The notes: generated from the sequence alone by a model not told the origin. Positions 13,661-26,508 are shown, counted from the first letter of the stretch. The stretch: 64,000 nt of DNA from Eledone cirrhosa (GCA_964016885.1 OZ024741.1:79484001-79548000), one strand, 5' to 3'. Numbers and translations: made by a program.

Positions 13661-13699
13661 ATTTCATTAATTTCCCCTTCCCCACACCAATGTATATAT

Positions 13700-14215
13700 G
13701 AACTTAAACACTTGAGTAGATGTGTGTATAGATATATACATGTATAGATGTGTTTTTTTATATATGTATCTGTAGGTATACAGATATATGTGTACATGTT
13801 TATGTGTATGTGTGCATATATATGTGTGTATATTTATGTATGTATGTATGTATGCACATACGTATGTGTGAGATAGATATGTATGTATTTGTATGTGTAT
13901 ATATATGTGTATATGTGTGTGTATATATGTATGTGTGGATATGTGTATAATATATTTATATGTATATATATGTAGTATATATATATATATGTATATGTAA
14001 AAAAAAATATATATGTAGGAGGTATAAAATGTGTTTATATGGAAAATATATATATGTATATGTATGTATATATAAAATGTGTGGAGAATATATATATATA
14101 TATATGTATATGTGTATATGTATGTATATGTATGTGTGTGTGTATGTATATATGTGTGTGTATATGTATGTGTGTATATATGCATAGAATATATATGTGT
14201 GTATATGGGAGATAT

Positions 14216-14249
<34 letters not shown>

Positions 14250-14254
14250 ATATA
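13700..14254. repeat. Long degenerate (TA)/(TG) microsatellite
   Basis: About 550 bp of TATG/TA/TG repeats. Confidence 0.95.
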
Positions 14255-15588
14255 GACACTCATAGCGGAATCAATGGCCGAGCTAGAGAAGAAATTCCAA
14301 ACATGGAAGCACGGCCTAGAGTCAAAAGGACTTAAAATTAACCTGGCTAAGACCAAAGTACTAGTTTGTAGGAAAGAAAACAAGGCGGCGGTCCCTTCTG
14401 GGAAATGGTCGTGCTCGGTGTGTAGGAAAGGCGTAGGTAGAAACTCCATTTTATGTCCTAAATGCAAAGTATGGGTGCATAAAAGATGTAGTGGGATCAC
14501 AGGTAGGCTAACTAAGAACATAGATTTTACATGTGGCCGGTGCTCTGGTGCAATAAGTAGCAGCAAGTGCCCACAAACTACTAGCTCTTTCAATTGCGCA
14601 GAGGGTTCTATAGAAATAGTGGACAGCTTCCGTTACCTGGGCGATAAAATCAGCAGTGGGGGAGGGTGCTCTGAAAGTACTGTAGCTAGAGTCAGAACTG
14701 GTTGGAAAAAGTTCAGAGAGCTTATACCACTATTAGCTGCTAAAGGGTTCTCACTAAAAATGAAAGGCAGGTTGTACGATGCCTGCATACGAACAGCAAT
14801 GCTGCATGGCAGTGAGACCTGGGCATTGTGTGCAGAGGATATACGCAGACTAGAGAGGAACGAAGCTTGCATGCTCCGCTGGATGTGTAACAGTAATATA
14901 CGTGAACGGCAAAGCATAAACGAACTAAGGAATAAATTAGAGATAAGAGGGATCAGGTGTTGTTTACTCGAGAGAAGGCTACGTTGGTATGGACACGTGA
15001 TGCGCATGAAAGTCGATAGCTGTATAACAAAGTGCAGGGCAATAAAGATAGACGGTAGTCACGGAATAGGCAGACCTAGAAAAACCTGGGACGAGCTGAT
15101 AAACTCCGACATCACACACTTACACCTCTCCAAGACAATGTCACTGGACCGAGACCTTTGGCGGTACTCAGTAACAGAGAAGACCCGCCTTACCTAAATA
15201 TATAGTAAAACCTACTCCAGCCAGTAGGCATCTCTAACAAATACACCCCGTCCCACCACCCCCACCCGATCCACACCACCCCGTTCTATGTAAAGTTATG
15301 TTGGTGCCGCGCCATCGAGGCCGAAACAAATGAGATCGTGTAGGTGTCACGACAAAAAAACACACAGTCCACGCTGTAATGTGGCCGTGTAGGCAACACG
15401 GTAAAAACCTCCCAGACCCACACTGTAAATGTGGTTGGTGTTAGGAAGGGCATCCAACTGTAGAAAACCTGCCAGACAGTCCTATGCGAGCAAGACAATC
15501 ACTCTTGCCTCAAGTGGGACTACCCCCGTCCAAACCCATGCAAGCGTGGAACACGGACGTTAAACGCTGATGATGATGATGATGATGA
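14255..15588 (+). mobile_element. Young RTE LINE (PHD-containing family A), 5'-truncated
   Basis: Open ORF 14274-15197 (RT C-terminal part, PHD finger, FRYLGD), 3' UTR and (GAT)n tail; almost identical to 58494-59828. Confidence 0.97.
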
Positions 15589-15590
15589 TA

Positions 15591-16885
15591 CAGGGTGCAG
15601 ACATTATTTGTTCGCAAGATTAGTCTAGGAAAAATGACACAGTAGTTTTATTTTTTAAGATATATTTATCAAACTTGGGTCAGTTTGTCTTCATGACTTG
15701 TTCTTTCGATCTCACTTGATAAACCCGCTATTGGCTTTGATAACGGCCTCAAGCCGACCTCAGAACCGGCTACAGGCCTTCGTCACTGTCCCCCGACTTA
15801 GGCCCTTAAAGGCACTTGTGATCCTGGCCTTCAGATCCTCTTTCGTATTGCAGCTAGATCTGTTGGTGACTCGTTCCACTGACAAAGAAGTCGAGGGGGT
15901 TGCAGTCAGGCGAGCTGGGAGGCCAGATGTCAGGTGAAGTGTGGTCGACGAAGATCTCTGACAGCCAGGCTTGGGTCTTTCGGCTGGTATGGCAGGGTGC
16001 TGACTCTTGCTGCCACACGTACAGCCTACCTGCAGCTACCTGGTCGATCCAGGACTTTACTTCCTCACTCAGAACGTGGATGTAGCCATCGGTGTTCAGC
16101 TTGAGGCCCTCGGGGAAGAAGTGAGGTGGCATGACGTCACCTTGACTGCTGACGACACCTAAGACCAATGTTGTCGCTGGAAACTTTGTTTGCATGACTC
16201 TGGGCACATCTTTGGATGAGACAGCAAGTCACCTGTTGTTCTGGGAGTTGATCTTCTGGTCTTGGCAGAAGTTTTTCTCATCGGAGAAAAACCACAGCAT
16301 GTCTGGCTCCAGTGGGTGTTTCAACTTGTTGATCAGCTTCTTTGCGTGCTTCAGTCGCTTTTCTTGTATCGCCTTTGACAGAAATTCTCCTTTCCTCATA
16401 TTGTATGAAATGTAGCGAATGTCTTCGTGTACCACCAGCCTAATGAGCTTTTCATCCACGCCTTTCTCCCTTGAAATGGCACGCATCGACTTGCTAGGTT
16501 CATTGTTGATGATATCCGAACTTCAGTGACGAACTCGGGCATTCTGAAGGCGTCAGATTGTCGATCATGTGTTTTCCTCTCTGATGTTGCTTCATAGTCG
16601 AATCCTGTATCTTCCAATTCCTTTCTGACCTTTTCCACCATTCTCCTGCTGAAGCTGAGAAAGTCTGAAATTTCCTTATTTGTCCTCCCGGCACGGATTC
16701 CAAGAAGAACTCCGTGTCTCTTCCACAAATTTGGAGGTTCAAAATTATTCATAATCAATTATTCTGAAAATAAATAATGGAAATATAGTCACTGTTTTTA
16801 TGAAGACAAAAGTGACAACGGAAGTAAAAAAAATTTGCATAAAATTAGCAGTTGAAAATTGCGAACAAATATCGTCCACACCCTG
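15591..16885 (-). mobile_element. Tc1/mariner DNA transposon, DD37D (maT) type, full length, frameshifted
   Basis: TA-CAGGGTG..ATTTGTTCGCAA TIRs with TA on both sides. Transposase pieces FFSDEK, WQQESAPCH and SPDCNPLDF, with 37 residues between the second and third catalytic positions. Confidence 0.93.
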
Positions 16886-17608
16886 TATATATATGTGTGT
16901 ATGTATGTATGTATATATGTGTTGATATGTGTTTGTATGTAGTATATATGGACGGTAGATACATTTACATAGAGGGAAGTTAATATGTGAGCCAGCATGT
17001 CCCCCCACACTTCCTCTCCCAGACCAATATCAACAACACATTTTTGACAAATATTCCCAAACTATCCTTCTTTTCTCTTTTTCCTGTCATCCCATTCTTA
17101 TCAAAAGACATATATCTTACACCTCATTAAAACCCAGACAAGCACCTAAATTCATCTTTGATATAGAAATCTGTTGAAGATATTCTTTATGGATTTGGAA
17201 GAGAAGAGTTGATTCAGCTATGCCATTATAAACTCATCAAAGGTCAGCTAATGAAATAAAACCAGCAAGAGTGTAGGTTTATGACCACCTTCTCAAACAC
17301 CCTTATCTTACAATCTCACCATTTTCTGAGTGTATATATATGTGTGTGTGTGTGTGTGTATGTGTACGTGTGTGTGTATGAATACTTTAATTCCTCATCA
17401 ACACTCATTAACACCACACGCCACACCCCAGACACATCCAAATCTCTCTCTTATATATAGTCACGCATTTCAACACAACCTGATCTCAGTTTGACAATTG
17501 TCACAAACGAATGCGAGAAAGTTCTCCAACCCAAGTTAACCAGGAATCTAAAATTCTTCCCACCGAAGTTAACAAAGAACCTACTGGATCTACTAACTCA
17601 TTTGCCAT

Positions 17609-17733
17609 TCTGAGTTCGAATCTCGCTGAGGTTAACTTTGCCTTTCATCCTTACGGGGTCGATAAAATAAAGTACCAGTAATGCACTGGATAATTGCTGG
17701 CCTTGTGCCAAAAAGTAGAAACAATTATATTAT
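17609..17733 (+). mobile_element. SINE fragment (GCCTTTCATCCTTACGGGGTCGATAAA family)
   Basis: GAGTTCGAATC B-box, central domain and ATT tail; near-identical to 46135-46245. Confidence 0.7.
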
Positions 17734-17828
17734 AACATTAAATCATAAAATTTGTTAACACTACGAGTGAAGTCATTCTTTTCCTTTTTATCAAATATAC
17801 CTAACTGTACCAAGGATCTCACATATTT

Positions 17829-17869
<41 letters not shown>

Positions 17870-17873
<4 letters not shown>

Positions 17874-18582
17874 TATTTTTATTTTTATTTTTATTTTTAT
17901 TTTTATTTTTATTTTTATTTTTATTCTTTTAGTATTGTAGTATTCTATAATATTTTTATTTTTTATTTTATTTTATTTTATTTTTATTTTTAATATTTTT
18001 ATATTTTTATATGTATATTTTTATATGTAAAGTTTTAATACGTAATATTTTTAATACGTAGTATTTTTAATATGCAATATTTTTATTATGTAATATTCTT
18101 TTTTAGTTTTCTATTCTATATTTTTATATTTTTATATATTTTTACTTATTATCATTATTATTGTTATCTCTGCTTATAATATAATATATATTTTCGATTA
18201 GTATATTGAAATCTGCCCTCTATTTCTGCTTGATAGATAATCTTGTAGAGTAATCGCAAGAATAATAATACGCTCAAATTTTTATACCACATTGAGAATG
18301 TTTTCCGGTAACTTTGAATTTGCGGAGTGAATCAGTTGGATTCACATAGACATATGAATTTTTTAAAAAACTAAACATAAGATAATGAATTTTCACGCAT
18401 TGTGAATACTTGTTTCATTCAGGAATACTGATATTTACAATATAGTGTAAGTTTTATAAATACTAATACATTAAAACATAGGGTTCTCTACGCCTCGAAT
18501 ATGTCTGGCTATTTTTTAATTTTTTCTCTCTCTATATCTCTCTATATCTCTCTATATATCTCCCTTACATTAATACTTGAGC

Positions 18583-18617
<35 letters not shown>

Positions 18618-19167
18618 ATGCATCATTGATACACTTACTCAAAATGACCTCCCACTACCTAATTTTTCTATATCTATATTTATATATGTATCTATCTCTA
18701 CTTCCTCTCTCTCTCTCTATATATATATATCTCTTTCTGTCTCTTTACATGAAGCTCTTCGCTTTATCTATTTTTCCATCTCTCTATTTTGTCCCATGCA
18801 TTTCTTCTTTTTCTTCCTTTTCTTCGTTTTGTCTTTCTTTCTTTCCTATTTCCCTCTTTTCTCTCTCTCTTTCTTTCTCTCTGTATTTTCACTGCTAGAG
18901 TGAACCTCTTCAAATGAAGTTGATGTTTATCACGGTATGTCGAATATATTTATCTATAAAACTGTTTATATTGTATTTTGTCTGATGAAGGCATAGCATA
19001 TTGTTAATATGATATCCCCGAAATATATATAATGAAATAAATATGGTTTTATAAATGTAGTTTTCCATTTATTTAATATTGTAAATATACTCCAAGTATT
19101 TGTCGAGTGCTTTTATATCAGTTATAAATATTTACTAGTTGTAACCCAACAATTTTAAATATAACTT

Positions 19168-19170
<3 letters not shown>
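17870..19170 (+). mobile_element. AT-rich non-coding Penelope-derived element (family F2) ending in a hammerhead terminus
   Basis: (TA)n flanks; the 3' 200 bp are homologous to 60790-60910 and, inverted, to 57997-58170; hammerhead at 18974-19039. Confidence 0.55.
18974..19039 (+). ncRNA. Minimal type-I hammerhead ribozyme (Penelope type)
   Basis: TATTTTGT-CTGATGA-[stem II GG..CATATT/AATATG..CC]-GAAA-TATATATA-ATGAAATA. Confidence 0.75.
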
Positions 19171-19196
<26 letters not shown>

Positions 19197-19202
<6 letters not shown>

Positions 19203-19813
19203 TGAATTTTACTTGCTCCGCTTATCTCAATTTTATCCAATATATATATATATATATTGGATAAAATTGAGATAAGCGGAGCAAGTAAAATTCAAACAAT
19301 TTCTCAAAATAAATTAAAAATATAATTTAAATATTTACCTAATCCATTTGCTTTTACCGACGGTTTCACCTTACAAAAGACTGGAGATCCTAGGGATCGC
19401 CAATGGAAATGTTCGGATCATCAGAGAGCATTTTCCTTCCGTTATGTTGAGAACAAATCTGTTGTTTTATTTAGCTGCTAATTTTAGTGGCGTGATAGAC
19501 AACACATCTATGTTTACTTCCTGCTTCTACTAAGGGCTGGTTCATGCATAGGTCAACTTTACGGCCTCATTCGATCCTGTGCTAGCTGGCAGGTGGCAAT
19601 ATATTTTGCCGTTCTTGGGACTTCTGTCCTAGGAAAGGAAAATGCTCTCTGATGATCCGAACATTTCCATTGGAGATCCCTAGGATCTCCAATCTTTTGT
19701 AAGGTGTAACCGTTGGTAAAAGCAAATGGATTAGGTAAATATTTAAATTATATTTTTTAATTTATTTTGAGAAATTGTTTGAATTTTACTTGCTCTGCTT
19801 ATCTCAATTTTAT
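19197..19813. mobile_element. Penelope terminal fold-back element (family F3) with two opposed hammerheads
   Basis: Arms about 19261-19439 and 19634-19812, plus a further perfect palindrome 19197-19300 centred on (TA)n. Confidence 0.8.
19350..19429 (-). ncRNA. Type-I hammerhead ribozyme with extended stem II
   Basis: Reverse complement: GCTCT-CTGATGA-TCC...TGGCGATCC-CTA-GGATCTCCA...GGT-GAAA-CCGTCGG-TA-AAAGC. The opposite copy (19644-19723, +) has GAAA changed to GTAA. Confidence 0.75.
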
Positions 19814-19900
19814 AGTTCTGGTATGTCAAATTAATACCATAGAACACCACTGTATAAGTACTTAGTACCTGTGGGGATATTAATCTCCTTTTATATATAT

Positions 19901-22546
19901 CATCATCATCATCATCATCATCACCGTTTTACGTCCATTCTTCCACGCTAGCATGGGTTAGACGGGTTGTCCTGTTGTGTGCAGTGTCTGGTCGGCTGAC
20001 CATGCCTTGCTCATACAGGAACTGATCTGGTTTGATTTCTACAGCTGGATGCCCTTCCTAACACCAACCTCATTTACAGTGAGTGCTGGGTGCTTTTTCG
20101 TGGCGCCTACACGTCCACTTTACAGTGTGGGCTGGGTGCATTTTTGCCGTGGCACCTCCACGCCCATCTGGTGGTGGGGGGTGTGGGGGCATATTGTTTA
20201 TATTATGCTTCAGCATGTACCCATGGGAGGTCGGGTACTCTGTATTACTGCGTGACGCCAGAAGTCACGGTCGTGTGTCATTGTCTTTGAGAGGTGTAAT
20301 TGGGTAAGGTCGGCTTTTATCACCTCATTCCAGGTCATCTTGGGTCTCCCCACTCCGCGGTTTCCATCAACTTCTAGTGCTCTGCACCTTTTTATGCAGC
20401 TGTCATCCTTCATACGCATCACATGTCCATACCAGCGCAACCGCCTCTCCTGCACACAGCATTTGATTCCTCTTATGCTCAGTCTCTCTCTCAATTCATT
20501 TATGCTTTGTCGTTCATGTATATTACTGTTACACATCCATCGGAGCATGCAGGCTTCGTTTCTCTCTAATCTACGTAAGTCTTCCACCTTCAGCGCCCAG
20601 GTCTCACTACCATGCAACATCGCTGTTCAGATACACGCATCATACAGTCTGCCTTTCATTCTGAGGGAGAAGCCTTTTGCAGCTAGCAGTGGTAGTAGTT
20701 CCCTAAACTTCTTCCATCCCGTTCTTACCCTAGTTATTGTACTTTCTGAACACCCACCTCCGTTGCTAATTCGGTCACCTCGGTAGCAGAAGCTGTCTAC
20801 TGTTTCTACAGGGCCCTCCCAGAGATTGGTGGTACTTGTTTCCTGTGGCTGTTTGCTGCTTGCTGTTTCAGCACAGCTGCTGCATGTGAATCCTACATTC
20901 TTAATTAAGCTTCCTGAGATCCTGCTACATCTCTTGTGTACCCATTGTTTGCATTTGGGGCAGAGAATGGAGTTCCTACCTACACCTTTCCTACATACTG
21001 AGCAAGGCCATTTCCCTGAGGGGATCTGGGTTCTGTTTTCTCGTCTACTTACAAGGACCTTAGTCTTTGTCATGTTGACTTTGAGACCCTTTCTTTCTAG
21101 TCCCTGCTTCCAGGTTTGGAATTTATTCTCTAGTTCTACCATAGATTCAGCTATGAGTGCGAGGTCATCAGCATACAGGAGTTCCCATGGGCATCCGGTC
21201 TTAAACTCCTCCGTTATTGCCTGCAGGACTATGATGAACAGGAGAGGGCTAAGAACAGAGCCCTGGTGGACCCCAACCTGTACGCTAAATTCCTCGCTAT
21301 ACTCATTGCTAATCCTAACTTTGCTGACTGCTCCCCTATACATGGCTTATACCGCTTTCACAAGCCATTCATCTACTCCTAGTTTTCTAAGAGCCCACCA
21401 GATTACAACACGTGGAACTCTGTCAAAGGCTTTCTCAAGGTCGACAAATGCCAAGTAGAGTGGCTTACTTTTAGCTAGGTACTTTTCCTGTAATTGCCTC
21501 ACAAGGAAGAGAGCATCAGTGGTGCCTCTTCCTGGTACAAACCCAAATTGCATCTCGTCTATTTTCACCCGGTCCCTAATCAGCTGTGCTATAACTCTTT
21601 CTGTTACTTTCATGACCTGGTCCATCAACTTTATACCTCTATAGTTTCCTCTATCTAGTGCATCGCCTTTACCTTTGTAGCAGTTGACAATGATGCTACT
21701 GCACCAATCTTTTGGTATGGCCCCTTCTAGTATTACCTGGTTAACGATACGTGTGGTTATAGTGTGACCTACAGACCCAGATGCCTTCAGCATCTCGGCA
21801 GCTATACCCGATGGACCGGTTGCCTTCCCCATCTTCATATCTTTGATTGCCTTACTTACTACGCTGCTGCTGACTTGTACTGCTGGTCCCTGTATAGGGT
21901 CTACTTGGGGTAGGGTCTCTTCTTCCCATGCATTCTCCTCGTTTAGTAATCTATCATAATGACTCTTCCATGCATCTTTCTTCTCAGCACTTGTGAGGGC
22001 AAGCTCACCTTTATCATTCTGGATACACTTCTCTCCAATGACATCACAACTATCTCTGACACACTGCCTCGCAATCTTGAATACCTCCTGTTTCTGGTCC
22101 CCACGTTGTAAAACATGCTTGAATTTTCTATCCTCTGCTTCCCTCCTAGCTAAGTATACTTGTAGCCTAGCTTCCCTCTTGGTCTCTATGTAATGTACCC
22201 TGCTCCCCCCGTTCTTCCATTCTTTCCATGCCTGTCTCTTGGCCTTAACTGCTTCATCTACCTTATTGTTCCACCACCAAGTCACTCTCCTCCTGCTTGA
22301 GGTCTTACTCCAGCCACAGACCTCATCCGTCGCCTCTAGTAAATTATTTTTTAGGAACTCCCAGTTCTCTTCTACGTTAAATGTCTCTATCTGTTCTTCT
22401 TTACTGTTGTAGGCGTTGAGTAAAATATCTTTAAATCTGTTACTAGTTAAGGGGACTTTCAGCTTCCAGATCTTTCTTCTCCAGGTTGGCCTCTGTTTCC
22501 GGGTTCGTCTAGTTCTGACCGTGAGGTCGCTGACAACTAAGCTATG

Positions 22547-22547
<1 letters not shown>
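19901..22547 (-). mobile_element. RTE LINE (PHD-containing family B), 5'-truncated, in-frame stops
   Basis: ORFs 22285-21347, 21343-20627 and 20620-20210 give NYRGIKL, FVDLEKAFD, GVHQGSVLSP, YADD and the PHD finger; (GAT)n tail; 5' end in (TA)n. Confidence 0.97.
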
Positions 22548-22587
<40 letters not shown>

Positions 22588-22588
<1 letters not shown>

Positions 22589-23998
22589 CGAAGGAAATGT
22601 GGTAAGGAACCAGGTGGACCATAACGCACCAAAGTACTCAATACTTGAGGTAGTAGAGTGGGTAATAGGAACCAGTAAGACCCCGACAGCTGAGCTCAAG
22701 CCGTTTCGACGGCTAATTCTGGACTAAATGAAAATTTATCCTGGTATTTAAATAGCCGATCTTCTCAAGGGGTAATTCCATATATGGTCAAAATGATTGT
22801 CAAAAATCAGTAGTAATTCTGTGGTTGCAAATTAGTAGGGGAGATGGTGGCTAAACCTGCCAGTAGGAGAAAGAGGGGAGGGGGTGGAGTAGACCCAATC
22901 AAGCGTTGGTAGTGCCAGCTACAGCTGGGCATGAGGTCAAAGAAGATACAGGGGAGGGGGAGGGGGAGGAAGTTGGAACGGTAGGTAGAACAATGGGGGG
23001 TAGAAAAATATATATAGGAAAGAAAAAATACTGAGAGTGAAGAAAAGCAAATAAGTGTAAAGAAAAAAGTAAAGTAAATTAAATTCTACGACCTAGGTCT
23101 CAGGCTATTGTTAGGCTAGAATAAAATAAAGAAAGAAAGAAAGAAGTAAATAAATAAATAAATAAAGAAAGAAATAACGAAATAAGTAAAAGAACTAGGT
23201 GGGACGGATAAGGCAAGGACCCTTTTAAGAGGTATAAGTACGTAAATGATACGGTGACGGGTCAACAAAAGGGGCCAAAATACTAAAGAGACTACCACGA
23301 AATAAACAATAAAGGTTTCCATCCCGGGCCAGCAACGACCCAGTGCAGCAAAGTGAACTTGTATGAGATAATAATTCTGAGTCCCGAGAAAAATATATAC
23401 TAATGCTAACTCTAAAAGATCTAAAACAAGCTACATGAAAGTTCGTACGAAATAAAGGTAGAATACGGAGAAATAAATTCAGAATCCACCCCGCCCAGAA
23501 GAAAAGCGAAGCAAGAAATACTGAAACGAAAAAATAAGGCATAAGTGCCACTAAGAAATATAGAGGGCACAGAGAATAGTGGGAGCGGTCGGAAAAAGGG
23601 GGGCAAGTATCCGGGGTCTAAGCCAACTGCTATAAAGGGCGGAGTCCGCCAAATCTATCATAGACTAGGGGAGGGGGTGGTGGGGGTACTAAGGCTACAT
23701 GGGGCCAAAGGGCAGCATCGGGTGGGCGAGAAAAGACGCCGACAAAGGAGAAGAGCTGGGGTAGAAGGACTAAGGAGAGAGGGGGGGAGGAAATAAAGGA
23801 AGCGATAAAAGAATACAAAGAAGATCTTACGTCTTCCTTGGCAAGCAGGGGTTACCCATTGCAAAATCGGCAAGTGGGGTGTTATAGCCCTAGTCTACCC
23901 CCCCGGGTCATTATGGGGTTTGAGGGCGAGGTAAGTCTTACGCAATCTATGTTTACATGCAGTGACCAGTTCATCTTTCTTGTTTAGGAGTTGGTCTG
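22588..23998 (-). mobile_element. Penelope-like element 3' end: last codons plus about 1.3-kb 3' UTR with hammerhead (F1 parent)
   Basis: Reverse complement of about 23935-23998 encodes DQLLNKKDELVTACKHR, matching the LLN...EL...C.H C-terminus of Penelope proteins; terminus abuts (TA)n. Confidence 0.7.
22681..22772 (-). ncRNA. Type-I hammerhead, U3:A8 core variant
   Basis: Reverse complement: CCCC-TTGAGAA-GATCGGCTA...TAGCCGTC-GAAA-CGGCT(TGAGCTC)AGCTG-TC-GGGG. Confidence 0.7.
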
Positions 23999-23999
23999 T

Positions 24000-25797
24000 C
24001 TAAATACATAAACAGAGATGACACTATTATTGTATCTTTTGACGTAGTAAACTTCTACACTACCATCCCACACCAATATGGATTAGAGGCAATAGGATTC
24101 TGGTTAAAAATATTCGCTAATGTGATCCAGGAAAGAATAAAAAACGATTTCATCACCGAGGGACTAAAATTCATTCTACAAAATAATCTTTTTTATTTCA
24201 ATGGCAATATGAACAAACAAATATAAAGTACTGTGATGGGTACAAAAGTTGCCCTGACTTATACCAATTTACCTATAGCATACCTAGAAATCCAGATATA
24301 TGAACAATCCAGATTAAAATTTGGCTTGAATTTTCACAAATATTTTTAGACAACTTGAAGTGTCACTTGGATGACTACCTCATTCTATGGACGCACACAC
24401 TCAACCAACTTAACTATTTCAAGACCCTAATTAATAGCATCACTAATAATATCCAATTCACAATGGAATATAGTTAAAACCTACTTCCATTGCTGGACAT
24501 TCTAATAATAAAAAACATAAATATTGAAACTGACATTCCCCACAAACCAACTGATTCTAAACAATACTAACTATTCAGCTCAAGCAATCCAATACACACG
24601 AAGACAAATATTCCATTTAATCTACCAAGAAGAATCTGTACAATTGTCTCAAATTATGAAACTTGGAATAAAAGACTAAAAAGAACTAAATGAAATTCTA
24701 CTCTACTTGGAATAAAAGACTAAAAAGAACTAAAAGAAATTCTACTCAAATTATGGTGTGAGGGCCACATTGCTATGAGTGTCTCATCGGTAGGCCACAT
24801 TACTATGCAGTGTCTCGTCAGCGGACCATATTGCTATGCAGTGTCTCGTCGGTGGGCTATGATTTCAAATAAGTAATGAGAACACATGTAAAAACGAATA
24901 CAGTAATATAAGAAAAGGCTATGACATTTTTATAAACTGTAACAAAACCACAATACCGGGTGGTGTATTTAAATCAGGGTTGCTATTTGTTCGATGAAAG
25001 AATTTACTTCTAATAATACTGAAAAGGTTTAATATAGAAAAATAAATAAACATTGATTAATTATCAAAAACAGTCACTTACAGATGTTTTACTACCAGAC
25101 AGCTAACTCAAATGAAAAATTTTGAGGATGAAATGAAATAACTGTATGCCAGACACACTGACTTGTTTTAGGTAAGTCTGGGTCATTCCACAACCCTACC
25201 ATAACATACTATGTATGCATGTATATACACAAATACACCTACACAGACAGCCTCCTTGACCTCGACGTCTGACTATTCTATTTGTTAGTTTGTTAGTTAT
25301 TGTCTTGCAAATAACTACGTTCAGCTAAGTGAGTCTTGTGACTAGGCGTGTTCTCTAGTTGGTATTATAATCCAAAATAATTCAGAGCACTTTTTAAGGG
25401 ATCACTTAGCCTAAAATTGAAACCTATTGGCGGGCCAGATGTGGCTGGTGGGTTTCCGACCCTTGCTCTATCCTATATCTCAACACACAATCCAAGAAAT
25501 GCATACAACATTATTCACAAGAACATTCCACTATTGAGACAAGACCCAAGAATGAAAATAGCACTCGAAACATAAAATAATCAAAAGCAAAAGACAACCC
25601 AAATCACTTAAAAAATTACTCACCGGCACCAAATTACCCACCACAAAGACAACACCCTAATTGCAGAGCTTGCATTAGCCTTATTGAAGACACACTGTAT
25701 AAATTTAAATCAGGACAAATGTTTTTTGTAAAAAATCATTTCACCTGTTCAACAAAAAATTTAATAGATGCTATTAAGTGTAAACAGTGTAACGACA
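24000..25797 (+). mobile_element. Degenerate Penelope-like element (RT to GIY-YIG start), interrupted
   Basis: SFDVVNFYTTIP, MGTKVA, HLDD, LPLLD, KPTD; unrelated insertion at about 24750-25470; homologous to 12100-13270. Confidence 0.8.
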
Positions 25798-25864
25798 TGA
25801 TAGTGATGGTAGTGGTAATAGTAATAATTATTATTACTATTTTTCTTGTTATTGTTATTATTAT

Positions 25865-26090
25865 TCGGCGGTGGATTGGCAGTATCTATAGAGGGTCGGA
25901 CGCCATGCTTTGCAGCATAGAGTTACGGCCCTTTATGATCTGAATTAAAATCCCGCCGAGGTTAACTTTGCTTTTCATCCTTATGGGGGTCGATAAAATA
26001 AAGTACGAGTCATGCACTGGGGTCAATTCAATCCACTTCGCCTCCCCCAAACTTGCTGGCCTTGTGCCTATATAAGAAACCATTATTATT
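25865..26090 (+). mobile_element. tRNA-derived SINE, near full length, between (ATT)n
   Basis: GGCGGTGGATTGGCAG head, central GCTTTTCATCCTT..GGGGTCGATAAAATAAAGTAC domain, ATT tail. Confidence 0.75.
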
Positions 26091-26508
26091 CGACTGTAAA
26101 GGAAACAAAAAAAAAAAATAGCTACACATGAATTTTGGGGATTAACACAAAGACAATACCAACTTCCCTTGACTACTGAACATACATGAATTGCCACTGT
26201 CTATATTCATTAAGCCAGGATACTTCCGATAGTGCCTAATCACGTGATCATTTTCAGCCTATCGAATACTTTAGATAACAATTTGAGCTACCTTTCTGCA
26301 TTAGACTGAAAAAAAACCATGACATTCCCAAGTTTTCTGGTGAAAAATCTGATGCCTAATGACGCCACCTTCTTCAACCTATCAAATTGTACTTCAAACA
26401 TATAGCAATCTGAACCACATTTTTTGCATAAAACTTAAAGAAATTCCTCACATCAGTTAGATGTGTGTTACAAGTCGGCTTAGCCACACATGTCACCATC
26501 TCTCTTAA

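Noticed and set aside
13667-14593. 308-aa and other YI/HT-rich ORFs
   Set aside because: Microsatellite translation fused to RTE antisense sequence.
20340-21458. Recurrent antisense ORFs in RTE copies (also 27084, 52891, 58432, 62075, 62516)
   Set aside because: Shadows of the RT frame that recur because the copies are paralogous; boundaries vary and no motifs are recognisable.
24760-24860. Short direct repeats as a CRISPR-like array (also 45419-45535)
   Set aside because: Head-to-tail minisatellites with no unique spacers, no cas genes, eukaryotic context.
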